A DNA stretch of 37,364 bases, taken from Bacteroidota bacterium (GTDB lineage Bacteria > Bacteroidota > Bacteroidia > Bacteroidales > CG2-30-32-10). Of this stretch, positions 18,165-27,632 are shown one piece after another. The notes below the pieces were generated by a model. The model searched no databases and had not been told where the DNA came from. It was given only the letters and a program-made list of their open reading frames with translations. The position numbers and the translations under genes are program-made. The stretch spans positions 1 to 37,364 of the forward strand of contig JAZDMF010000345.1 in assembly GCA_043801235.1 (NCBI GenBank). Direction: 5' to 3'. Position 1 is the stretch's first letter. Every line of letters starts with the position of its first letter.

Positions 18165-21100
18165 TTATCTTACCAGAGTAACAGTGCCTTTGATTAAACA
18201 GGTGTTTTCTGAATTCGTTGGTTTTGCCAGAATATAATATGAAAAAGTTGCTTCCTGCTGTGGTTCTCCTTTAAATGTTCCGTCCCATCCCTGCGTAATA
18301 TCAGTTGTTTCAAAAACCATTTCTCCCCAGCGGTTGAATATTCTGAATTCAATCCAGTCGAAAGAACCGGAATAAAAAGGAAGAAATTCATCATTCGAAC
18401 CATCACCGTTGGGAGTAAAAGCATCAGGAAATTTTATCAGGTCTTTTGGAGACACATAAATTGTTTTATTAGTTGTATCCGGGCACCCTGCATCGTTGGA
18501 TGTGATAAGTGTAATAATATAGGATCCGGATTGCTGATAAATATTTACGGGATTTTGTACAGTTGAAACATTTCCATCGCCAAAGTTCCAGTACCAGCTT
18601 ACTACATTTGTTGACTGATCCTGAAAAACAACTATAGGATTTACCAAAGAAGGATTTGTGGGATTATAAATGAAATCAGCAACAGTCCAATTATAAGCGT
18701 CTATATGAATGATTGTATCTAATATGCAAATACTATCACCGTATGCAACAGTTAAATTTACCAGATAATTCCCTTGATTATTGTACGTGTGATTAATTGT
18801 GTAATCTGGTGAAAAAGTTCCGTCGCCGAAATTCCATAACCATGAATTAATAAATACTAATGTATCGGTATTGCTTCCTGTAAAGGTCAGATTTAATGGA
18901 ATACAGCCTGAGGTGTCGTGTGGCGAAAAAATAATTTCAGGGGCTTTATAAATAGTAATTGTTTTGGTGACAGACGACGAACATCCTAAAGTGCTCACAG
19001 CAGAAAGAGTGATAAGATAAGTCCCTGAAGAATCAAAATAATGCAAAGGCGACGTTAATGTACTGCTGCCACCATCTCCGAACAACCATAAATATGATAC
19101 AGGAAAGAAAAATGATGTCAGATTGTTAAAAAAAACATCGCCGGTATCGCAAAGGATAGTATCGCCAAAATAAAAATCAGCAAATACATTATCTATATAA
19201 ACATATTGAGCAGAAGGTACTGTAAAATCACAACCACCGGAATCCGTTAAAATAATACCGGGCAAATAAATACCCGGGGTATTATAAGTATGAACCGTAC
19301 TGTCGCCATTATCAGCAGTTGTGAGAAAATTCACATAGCCATCGCCAAAATCCCAGAAAAAATAATCTGTATTTGTATCATTTGCAATAAATATAACCGT
19401 TCCGGGAATACATGAGGAATCGGGTTCAAAAGAAAATGTTCCCGAAGGCCCGCCTATATGAATGTATTCATTTTTAATAAGAGTATCAGAACAACCCTTG
19501 ATGTTTGTTACAATTAACTGAACATCAAAATTTCCGGATGTAGTATATAAATGCCCTGCGTTTTGCTGAACAGATGTATAGCCATCGCCGAAATCCCATT
19601 GCCATTGGGTTACATCTGAAGAAGAAGAATCAAGGAAAACTACAGGCAGGGGTGGGCAATTAGCCCATATAGAATTTGCGCCGAATGCGGAAATGGGCTT
19701 ATTGTTTATTATTATATAATTATTCAGCGTTTTTATATTACTGCAGCCCATAGAATCTGTTATCATAAGGATAATATTAAAAACTCCTGCGGAATCGTAA
19801 ATATGTATTGGATTAATAAGCGTATCAGTAAATCCATCACCGAAATCCCATAAATAACTCAAACCATTGCCTTGGGAATTATTGATAAAATATATAGAAT
19901 CGCCGACACAGGTTTCAACATTTACAGCATAAAAATCTACTACCGGCATAACATGAATATATTGATTTTTTATTATGGTATCCATGCAGCCATAAGGGTT
20001 TTCAACGATAAGGGCAATTGTATAAATCCCGGGAGTGGTAAAAATATGTAAGGGGTTTTTAATTGTATCAAACGAGCTGCTGTCACCGAAATCCCATATC
20101 CAATGTACAATTGGGAAATTTGAAATAGTAGAATCGGTAAAAAATACTGTGTCGCCAGGGCAGGTATAAGTTGGGGCTGCAATAAAATCCGCTTCTATGC
20201 CTTTTTCATTTATCACATGAACGGTATCATAAGAAAAATAAAAACATTTTAAAGTATCCCATTTGGCGCTGCCGCAGCACCAATAAAGAACATCCACTGT
20301 TACTATACTTTTTACGATATACGTTCCGGAATGTTCATAGGTATGCACAGGATTTCTGTATGTTCCGGTAGTGCGTCCTTCATGATTACCGTCATGGTTA
20401 AAATCCTGAAGAAGAATTGTATCCGAACCTTCGATCTGAACAGGGAAGATGGTATCATCTGCATGTGGGATATATTCCAAAGTGTCGTAATATATAGCGT
20501 ACGAAACAGTATCAATTCTTAATGTGTCACCATCGCCAAAATCCCAGTACCATTGACGAAGCTCACCATAAAAACTTACAGTAGTGTCTTTAAATGCAAA
20601 TGCCATTCCTTTGCAGGCGGTATCCGGAAATGTGCTGAATCCATACAGCACACTGTCAACTGTAAGCATGAAATGTGGATTGCAATCCCCGCAGCCTCCT
20701 AATTTAGAAGTGTCATTTTTTGTTTCAATGTAAAACTGATAATGCCCTGCCTTATTAAAAGTAATAAATGTGGTGTCATAAAAATCCAGGCTGGTGATCT
20801 GTCCGGTCTGAAGATCCGTAACCTGAAAAGCAATTACGGAATCATACAATATTGAACAATTATACAAACCCAATGTGAAAGGAGAAGAACAGGAAGCTAA
20901 TACCGGACAGACACAACAAGCTGGCCAGGGAGTAGAATCCGCTTGTAAAAAGCATATATATGAAACAGGGGGTTCATTCCAGATTCTTTTATATATGGTA
21001 TCATTACAACCGTTAAATCCTGCAATTAAAAGTATGGTATCGGCGCCAAGGGGAATATGTCCTGTGTCAAAAAACGGATTTTGTTCTGTAGAAGTATCAG

Positions 21101-22871
21101 GGCACATCATGTTGCAGGAGGGGTAATACGCAAAACTCCAGCCCCAGTTATTTACATGAATGGTTGTATCATAAAAACCTGAAAGATCTAAAAACTGATA
21201 CAAATGATGAAAGCATAATGTATCTACCGAAAACACAGACTGATGACAGCCTATGGCTGTATCTATAGTAAAATCAATGAAGTCGGGTTTTATACCGGCT
21301 TTAATATAATCTGTGCTGATCAGGGTATCAGTGCATCCGTTTACGGTATTGATAATTAATGTAACAGTATATCTTCCTGTATCCGGATAAATATATGAAG
21401 GATTTTGCAGAACAGAAGTATATCCATCGCCAAAGTCCCAGAACCATGAAATAATTGTATCTCTTGAAATGCTTTCGTCAGTAAATTGAACATCTAAAGG
21501 AATACAACCCTCAAAGGGTACAGCTTCAAATTTTGCATAAGGTTTGATAATTGAGATTCTTACTCTTGCAGTATCAACGCATCCGAAAGGATTTGTTACA
21601 ACTAATAAAACATGATAATATTTGAATTCAACCTCTTCTGATACTGAATAAATATACGTGGGATTTTGTGCAGTTGAGGTGTTATTGTTGTCATCAAAAA
21701 ACCAGAAATAACTTAATGGACCGGTTCCTGTTGAAATATCAGTAAAATTAACCTGAAAAGGCGAGGAGCAGGAGAATGAATCAACTAAAAAGTCGGCATG
21801 TGGAGGAGCATAAACTTTTATTGCGGTATCAATACATCCATTGCCAATAGCAGAAATTAAAGTTATTGTATAGGATTGAGTTGAGTTGTAAAGATGTGAA
21901 GGATTATTATTTGTATCAGTAGAATCTCCATCGCCAAAATCCCATAGCCATGAATAAGGTGAAGGAGATGACATATCAGTAAAATAAATTATATAGGAAG
22001 AATCATTCAGGCAGGAAACAGAATAATTAAAATCAGCCTGGTGATTCTGAACAATCAAATCCTGAATTGACGTATCGCTGCAGCCGATATTATCTGTAAT
22101 TATCAATGAAATATTAAAAGTATCAGCAGAATTAAAAATATGTGCAGGGTCTGCAACAGTAGAAGTGGCGCCATCCCCAAAGTCCCATAAATAAGATAAG
22201 CCTGTACCAATAGAAGTATCGGTAAAAGAAACAGAAGCCGGAGGAGCGCAACCGTTGATTGCGGCGCTGAAATCTGCTTTGGGTTGATGCACTTCAATAT
22301 AATTATTAATGAAATAAGAATTCTGACATCCGTTGGCATCTTTAATTATAAGATATACGGTATAATTTCCACCGGAATTATATGTGTGTACCGGGTTTTG
22401 CAATGTGGAATAGCCGCCATCTCCAAAGTTCCAGAACCAGTTGGTGATAACAATTGATTGCGGAAAGGAAAGATCAGTAAAAGAAACTGTATATGGAGCA
22501 CAACCAATAGTATCTGCAGTATGGAAATTACAGACCGGAGGTGAATATGCCTTGATATAATATGGTTTGACGATGCTGTCGTTTCCAAAGGCATTGGAAA
22601 CAATAAGTTTTACAGTATATGAACCCGGGTTAACGTAAAAAGCGCCGGGATTTTGAAGAACTGAAGTGTTTCCGTTTCCGAAATCCCAGAACCATGAAGT
22701 AGGATTCCCTGATGATAAATCATAAAACTGAATAACAGCAGGAACGCAGTCGGATGTTTTATCGGAAGAGAAATTTGCGACTGGCTGGGCCGAAAGACAG
22801 ATATTTTGGGAAAGGAAAAGAATCCCCAAAAATATTTTAAAAGAAAAAAATTGAAAAATATTTTTTTTCAT
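18165..22871 (-). CDS. Large PKD-repeat surface protein with T9SS type-B CTD
   Basis: Many W.WDFGDG...NP.H.Y...G.Y.V.L PKD repeats; CTD FPDAFTPNGDGSNDEF...IFNRWGE...GWDG...KGTVTLVR. ATG 22871 (MKKNIFQ) gives a better signal peptide than the TTG at 22904. Confidence 0.92.
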   Translation of the reverse strand: MKKNIFQFFSFKIFLGILFLSQNICLSAQPVANFSSDKTSDCVPAVIQFYDLSSGNPTSWFWDFGNGNTSVLQNPGAFYVNPGSYTVKLIVSNAFGNDSIVKPYYIKAYSPPVCNFHTADTIGCAPYTVSFTDLSFPQSIVITNWFWNFGDGGYSTLQNPVHTYNSGGNYTVYLIIKDANGCQNSYFINNYIEVHQPKADFSAAINGCAPPASVSFTDTSIGTGLSYLWDFGDGATSTVADPAHIFNSADTFNISLIITDNIGCSDTSIQDLIVQNHQADFNYSVSCLNDSSYIIYFTDMSSPSPYSWLWDFGDGDSTDTNNNPSHLYNSTQSYTITLISAIGNGCIDTAIKVYAPPHADFLVDSFSCSSPFQVNFTDISTGTGPLSYFWFFDDNNNTSTAQNPTYIYSVSEEVEFKYYHVLLVVTNPFGCVDTARVRISIIKPYAKFEAVPFEGCIPLDVQFTDESISRDTIISWFWDFGDGYTSVLQNPSYIYPDTGRYTVTLIINTVNGCTDTLISTDYIKAGIKPDFIDFTIDTAIGCHQSVFSVDTLCFHHLYQFLDLSGFYDTTIHVNNWGWSFAYYPSCNMMCPDTSTEQNPFFDTGHIPLGADTILLIAGFNGCNDTIYKRIWNEPPVSYICFLQADSTPWPACCVCPVLASCSSPFTLGLYNCSILYDSVIAFQVTDLQTGQITSLDFYDTTFITFNKAGHYQFYIETKNDTSKLGGCGDCNPHFMLTVDSVLYGFSTFPDTACKGMAFAFKDTTVSFYGELRQWYWDFGDGDTLRIDTVSYAIYYDTLEYIPHADDTIFPVQIEGSDTILLQDFNHDGNHEGRTTGTYRNPVHTYEHSGTYIVKSIVTVDVLYWCCGSAKWDTLKCFYFSYDTVHVINEKGIEADFIAAPTYTCPGDTVFFTDSTISNFPIVHWIWDFGDSSSFDTIKNPLHIFTTPGIYTIALIVENPYGCMDTIIKNQYIHVMPVVDFYAVNVETCVGDSIYFINNSQGNGLSYLWDFGDGFTDTLINPIHIYDSAGVFNIILMITDSMGCSNIKTLNNYIIINNKPISAFGANSIWANCPPLPVVFLDSSSSDVTQWQWDFGDGYTSVQQNAGHLYTTSGNFDVQLIVTNIKGCSDTLIKNEYIHIGGPSGTFSFEPDSSCIPGTVIFIANDTNTDYFFWDFGDGYVNFLTTADNGDSTVHTYNTPGIYLPGIILTDSGGCDFTVPSAQYVYIDNVFADFYFGDTILCDTGDVFFNNLTSFFFPVSYLWLFGDGGSSTLTSPLHYFDSSGTYLITLSAVSTLGCSSSVTKTITIYKAPEIIFSPHDTSGCIPLNLTFTGSNTDTLVFINSWLWNFGDGTFSPDYTINHTYNNQGNYLVNLTVAYGDSICILDTIIHIDAYNWTVADFIYNPTNPSLVNPIVVFQDQSTNVVSWYWNFGDGNVSTVQNPVNIYQQSGSYIITLITSNDAGCPDTTNKTIYVSPKDLIKFPDAFTPNGDGSNDEFLPFYSGSFDWIEFRIFNRWGEMVFETTDITQGWDGTFKGEPQQEATFSYYILAKPTNSENTCLIKGTVTLVR

Positions 22872-23224
22872 CTTTAGAGTATGTCTTATAGAAATAATTT
22901 TCAAATAGGCTGAATGTTATACAATTAAACATAACCACAATGAAAAACCCGCAGCTTCAAATTATTTTTTATTTCTGCATCCAAAGTGCCTTTCTTTTCA
23001 AAGTAAATATAATATATTTCTTAAGGGTTTGCAAGTAAAATTTCATATAATCAGTATTAAGCATTCTTCATTTTGTATTATGAATTATTTCAAATGTTTA
23101 TCTGAATTTTAAGTAATACCATTAAATTTTTCATAATCATATTTTAATCAGCAGTTTCGGTGGCCCATTCTTATAAAAAACCTCTCAAAACGGGTCTTTC
23201 CTTTTTATTATGTCAAAATTTCCT

Positions 23225-23232
23225 TATTTTTG
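23225..23232 (+). promoter_or_regulatory. Putative -7 promoter element of the EF-G2 gene
   Basis: TATTTTTG matches TAnnTTTG about 50 nt upstream of ATG 23282. Confidence 0.5.
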
Positions 23233-23281
23233 CCGACCTTTTAGGAACAACATAATTATCTAATTCATAATATTTCAATAT

Positions 23282-25417
23282 ATGAAAGTTTATCAAACGA
23301 ACGAGATCAGGAACATTGTTCTGATCGGTGGAGCAAAATCGGGAAAAACAACCCTCAGCGAGGCCATGCTGTTTGAAGGTGGTGTGATTAGCCGCAGGGG
23401 CAGCGTTGAAGACAAAAATACAGTATCCGACTTCAGGGAAATAGAGCTGGAACGTCAGAATTCCATTTCTTCTACAGTATTATATTCTGAATTCGAAGGA
23501 AAGAAAATTAACATTATTGATGCTCCGGGTTTCGACGATTTTGCAGGCGAAATGATATCGGCACTTTATGTTTGCGATACAGCCCTTATGGTTGTTAATG
23601 CCCAGAACGGTGTTGAGGTTGGTACTGAAATCACCTGGCGCTATACTACAAAACATCATTCACCAGTGGTTTTTGTCATAAATCAGCTTGACCATGAAAA
23701 AGCCAATTTCGATGAAAGCGTTCGTCAGCTTAAGCAATATTTCGGCGACAAAGTTATACCTGTACAATATCCCATATCAACCGGAGCTTCATTCAACAGC
23801 GTTATTGATGTGCTTAAAATGAAGATGTACAAATTCACTCCCGGCTCGGCAAAAGCCGAAATAGTTGATATTCCTGATACAGAAAAAGCCAAAGCAGAAG
23901 AGCTTCACGGAAAACTGATTGAAGCCGCAGCCGAAAGCGATGAAAAACTGATGGAGAAATTCTTTGAAGCTGGTTCTCTGAGCGAGGAAGAAATGCTGAA
24001 AGGTTTAAAGCAAAGCATTATCAAAAGAGATGTATATCCGGTACTTTGTGTATCTGCAAAACAGGATACGGGCGTGGCCCGCCTCATGCAATTCATCAGC
24101 GAATTTATACCCGCACCTGACGAAATGCCTTTTAAAAAAACCACAGAGGGCAAGGAATTAAGATGTTCATCAAAGGAGCCCGTATCGGCATACGTATTTA
24201 AAACCGCGCTGGAGCAGCATCTTGGGCAGATGACATTCTTCAAACTGTTTAACGGTGAAATCACCGAAGGCATGGACATGGTGAATGTCAATACCAGTTC
24301 AAAAGAAAGATTTTCGCAACTTTTAATAGTTGCAGGAAAAAACCGTACAAAAATTGAGAAAGTGGTTGCCGGCGATATAGCTGCTACCATCAAGCTGAAA
24401 GATGCGCATACCTGCAACACCATTGATTCACCGAAAAATTCAGATGACGTTATCATTCCCGTTGAATATCCCGAACCAAAATTCCGTACTGCCATCAGGG
24501 CAAAGAGTCAGTCGGATGATGAAAAACTGGGAAGCATACTCAAAGCGGCACATGAAGAAGATCCCACCATCATTTTTGAACAATCAATGGAGCTGAAGCA
24601 AGCGATTCTTCAGGGGCAGGGCGAACTTCAGCTTACTGTTCTGAAATGGAAAATAGAAAATCTTGACAAAATAGAAATTGAATTCTACCCATGTAAAATT
24701 CCTTACAGGGAAACCATTACCAAACCTGCAAAGTCAAGTTATCGCCATAAAAAACAATCGGGCGGTGCCGGACAGTTTGGTGAAGTTTACATGATGATAG
24801 AACCCTATTTTGAAGGGAAGACAGACCAGAAGGAATTCCCGATAAGAGGCCGTGATGAGATTAACCTGAACTGGGGAGGCAAATTATTTTTCCACAACTG
24901 TATTGTGGGCGGCGCTATTGATGCTCGCTTTTTACCTGCCATTCTGAAAGGTATCATGGAAAAAATTGAAGAAGGTCCGCTTACAGGTTCTTATGCCCGT
25001 GATATTGTAGTAAGTGTGTATGACGGGAAAATGCATCCCGTTGATTCCAATGAAATTTCTTTCAGACTGGCCGGACGTAACGCTTTCAAAGAAGCTTTTA
25101 AAAATGCTGCGCCCAAAATCCTGGAGCCTATCTATGAAGTTGAAGTCATCATGCCATCAGAAAGAATGGGCGATGTGATGACCGATCTGCAGGGCAGAAG
25201 AGCCATAGTGCTTGGCATGGACAGCGAAGGAAATTATCAGAAAATAAAAGCCCGCGTGCCATTGGCTGAATTGAACCGTTATTCAACATCTCTTAGTTCC
25301 ATTACAAGCGGACGCGCAACATACGGAATGAAATTTGCCGATTATCAGCAGGTGCCCGGCGATATTCAGGAACAGCTGCTGAAGGCATACGAAGCCCAAT
25401 CGAAGGACGAAGAATGA
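23282..25417 (+). CDS. fusA2: Elongation factor G paralogue (EF-G2 type)
   Basis: Full five-domain EF-G (HKKQSGGAGQFGEV, DGKMHPVDSNE, ILEPIYEVEV) outside the str operon, with MKVYQTNEI N-terminus and altered G-motifs (GGAKSGKT, DAPGF, NQLD) as in Bacteroidota EF-G2. Confidence 0.92.
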   Translation: MKVYQTNEIRNIVLIGGAKSGKTTLSEAMLFEGGVISRRGSVEDKNTVSDFREIELERQNSISSTVLYSEFEGKKINIIDAPGFDDFAGEMISALYVCDTALMVVNAQNGVEVGTEITWRYTTKHHSPVVFVINQLDHEKANFDESVRQLKQYFGDKVIPVQYPISTGASFNSVIDVLKMKMYKFTPGSAKAEIVDIPDTEKAKAEELHGKLIEAAAESDEKLMEKFFEAGSLSEEEMLKGLKQSIIKRDVYPVLCVSAKQDTGVARLMQFISEFIPAPDEMPFKKTTEGKELRCSSKEPVSAYVFKTALEQHLGQMTFFKLFNGEITEGMDMVNVNTSSKERFSQLLIVAGKNRTKIEKVVAGDIAATIKLKDAHTCNTIDSPKNSDDVIIPVEYPEPKFRTAIRAKSQSDDEKLGSILKAAHEEDPTIIFEQSMELKQAILQGQGELQLTVLKWKIENLDKIEIEFYPCKIPYRETITKPAKSSYRHKKQSGGAGQFGEVYMMIEPYFEGKTDQKEFPIRGRDEINLNWGGKLFFHNCIVGGAIDARFLPAILKGIMEKIEEGPLTGSYARDIVVSVYDGKMHPVDSNEISFRLAGRNAFKEAFKNAAPKILEPIYEVEVIMPSERMGDVMTDLQGRRAIVLGMDSEGNYQKIKARVPLAELNRYSTSLSSITSGRATYGMKFADYQQVPGDIQEQLLKAYEAQSKDEE

Positions 25418-25429
25418 TTTTTTTTAATA

Positions 25430-25510
25430 AGTAATCAGTAAACAGTGAACGGTAATCGGTGGAAATCAGTTTATCCATTACTGATTACCGATAACCGATC
25501 ACTGATTACC
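25430..25510. repeat. Inverted array of heptamer tandem repeats forming a long hairpin 3' of fusA2
   Basis: AGTAATC AGTAAAC AGTGAAC GGTAATC GGT, a 19-nt spacer, then ACTGATT ACCGATA ACCGATC ACTGATT ACC. Confidence 0.85.
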
Positions 25511-25654
25511 CAAACGAAATCTGTTTTCCTTTATGGCCGTTTTATTCTTGCCGGCTTTTTTTATAAATAATTGGAAGATAAATATTTTGCAATACTTGCT
25601 TAAACTGCATAATTTTACAGCTTTCGGCTCGTTATTTGAAGATAAGATCAAAGG

Positions 25655-26410
25655 ATGAAATCACTACTCATCGACGAAATAGTTTTTAAAAACCGTAACA
25701 AAGCATACGGAGCATATATTTTGCGTAAGCGATACAACCGCAGCCTTTATCTTTCCCTTATTTTTTCATTGATATTTTTCGTTGTCATAGTTTTTGTAGC
25801 CGTTATTTACAACACGAATGCAGATGAAGAATATTATGATTTCAATAATGTGGTTTTTGAATATTCCGATCTTAACTATGTTCCTGATCTACCTCCGAAA
25901 TCTCCGGAAAATTCAAAACCACCTGATAACCAGATTATTTCCTCCAAAACAGACAATCTGAATGAAATCAAACTAGTGAACGATTCGGCTACCATAACTG
26001 ATACAACACTGATAAAAGATAATACAACAGCCAATGCTGACAGCCTTAACGGTAACTCAAACGGAGGCAATGGTTCCGATACGGGCATTGTTTTTACTAG
26101 TATACAGGAAGCACCTATATTTCCTGGCGGAGAGGCAGCCCGCATAAAATTTATTCAAGAGCATTTTAATTATGCCAGCCTTGGCACAAATATTAAAATA
26201 GAAGGGGTGGTATTGGTAACGTTTACCGTTGAAAAAGATGGCTCTTTATCCGGTATAAAAATATTGAACAGTGTTGGCGCAGCCTGCGACAACGAAGTGA
26301 TAAATATGGTAAAACAAATGCCAAAATGGACTCCCGGAAAACGCAACGGACTTCCTATACCTGTAATTTTTAAAATGCCAATCAGGTTTCCGAGTACCGT
26401 TCAACTATGA
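25655..26410 (+). CDS. tonB: Energy transducer TonB family protein
   Basis: EIVFKNRNKAYGAYILRKRY N-terminus, single TM, linker, and TonB_C (PIFPGG...EGVVLVTFTVEKDG...MPKWTPGKRNG). Confidence 0.9.
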   Translation: MKSLLIDEIVFKNRNKAYGAYILRKRYNRSLYLSLIFSLIFFVVIVFVAVIYNTNADEEYYDFNNVVFEYSDLNYVPDLPPKSPENSKPPDNQIISSKTDNLNEIKLVNDSATITDTTLIKDNTTANADSLNGNSNGGNGSDTGIVFTSIQEAPIFPGGEAARIKFIQEHFNYASLGTNIKIEGVVLVTFTVEKDGSLSGIKILNSVGAACDNEVINMVKQMPKWTPGKRNGLPIPVIFKMPIRFPSTVQL

Positions 26411-26642
26411 GGTGCATCACCGGTATTCCAATCAATCCCAAAATATATTTTTTTATTTTCTCCGTGGCCTCCCTGACTATCGGCAAACAGGTGTGTAAAA
26501 AAAAAAATAAAAAATGTTGTTTCTATCACAAGCGTACCTTTTGCATACCTGCAGAGCATATGTATGTGCTTTGCAAGTTCAGCCTTTACCTGTTAATTCT
26601 GTACACAATTTTAATAAAACAGAAATTACGTACTTGTTTTAA

Positions 26643-27614
26643 TTAATCATACTCCAGTTTTTCAAAAACAGGTGTTTCCCTGTCTGCATTGAATAATTTT
26701 ATTGTAAAAATTGGCAGGAAGCTAAGTTTTTTGTTACTCTGAGCAATTATTATACTTGTAATAACAATTATAGTTCCGATAATATCATTAGTACCAATAC
26801 CTTCATCTAAAAAAAACCATCCTAAAAATAACGCAAGAACCGGTGTAAGATAAATGGAAAATGACAGTATTAATGCAGAAGTGTGTTTTGCAAGCCAGTA
26901 GTAAATCAGAAAAGAGATTGATGTACCGATAACGGCCAGATAGCCGACACTCAGCCATAAATTCGGAGAAGAAATGTCAGCGGGAAATTTTTCAAAGCAA
27001 AGGCTTGTGAGAATAAAAAATAATGCTGTTATACAAATTTGAGAAGTAAGGTCTGTTATAAGATCAGATTTATCACCTTTCATACGCAACCAGACCAAAG
27101 CAAATGCAGCGCTTACTGCTGCTAATAAAATTCCTGCCATGCCAAATAATCCGTAATTCTCTGCGATTTCGAACCGTGAATAAAAAATATATATAAGACC
27201 CAAAGTTCCGATGAACAAACCGGCAATCTTTAGTAAAGTTGCCTTTTCATGTTTTAAAAAAAACTGTGAAAATATTATTACAAATAACGACTGAGATGAA
27301 AAAATCACAGCCGACAATCCTGATGAAACATACTTCTCGCCCCAATACACAAACCCGTATGGCAGCATAAACATAAATAAGGCCATGAATAATGAATATT
27401 TCCAATATTGTAATGTAACTGGGAATTTTATTTTTTTTATTTTCATATAAAATATCAGAAATGCAGAAGCTACAATAAAACGGAGAGCTGCTGAAAAAAT
27501 CGGAGGCGTATCGTAAAGGCCTATTTTAATGGCCAGCCATGTCGATCCCCAAATTAGCGAAAGAAGCATTACTGAAAACCAGATAACTAATTTAGATGGA
27601 TTTTTCATGTGCAT
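26643..27614 (-). CDS. EamA/DMT family transporter
   Basis: About 10 TM segments; LIWGSTWLAIKIGL, PPIFSAALRF and YLTPVLALFLGWFFLDE motifs. Confidence 0.93.
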   Translation of the reverse strand: MHMKNPSKLVIWFSVMLLSLIWGSTWLAIKIGLYDTPPIFSAALRFIVASAFLIFYMKIKKIKFPVTLQYWKYSLFMALFMFMLPYGFVYWGEKYVSSGLSAVIFSSQSLFVIIFSQFFLKHEKATLLKIAGLFIGTLGLIYIFYSRFEIAENYGLFGMAGILLAAVSAAFALVWLRMKGDKSDLITDLTSQICITALFFILTSLCFEKFPADISSPNLWLSVGYLAVIGTSISFLIYYWLAKHTSALILSFSIYLTPVLALFLGWFFLDEGIGTNDIIGTIIVITSIIIAQSNKKLSFLPIFTIKLFNADRETPVFEKLEYD

Positions 27615-27632
27615 TTTAATTGATTATAATTT

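Noticed and set aside
23905-24495. 196-aa antisense ORF within fusA2, and the other short nested or antisense ORFs in the track
   Set aside because: Shadow ORFs of well-supported genes with no motifs of their own.
26468-26491. CCTCCCTGACTATCGGCAAACAGG, a possible decayed short palindromic repeat (similar fragment near 9113-9130)
   Set aside because: Too degenerate to support without genome-wide copies.
26407-26646. 79-aa + strand ORF after tonB
   Set aside because: Low-complexity translation across an A11 run, no recognisable motif, and it fills a convergent intergenic gap; likely spurious.
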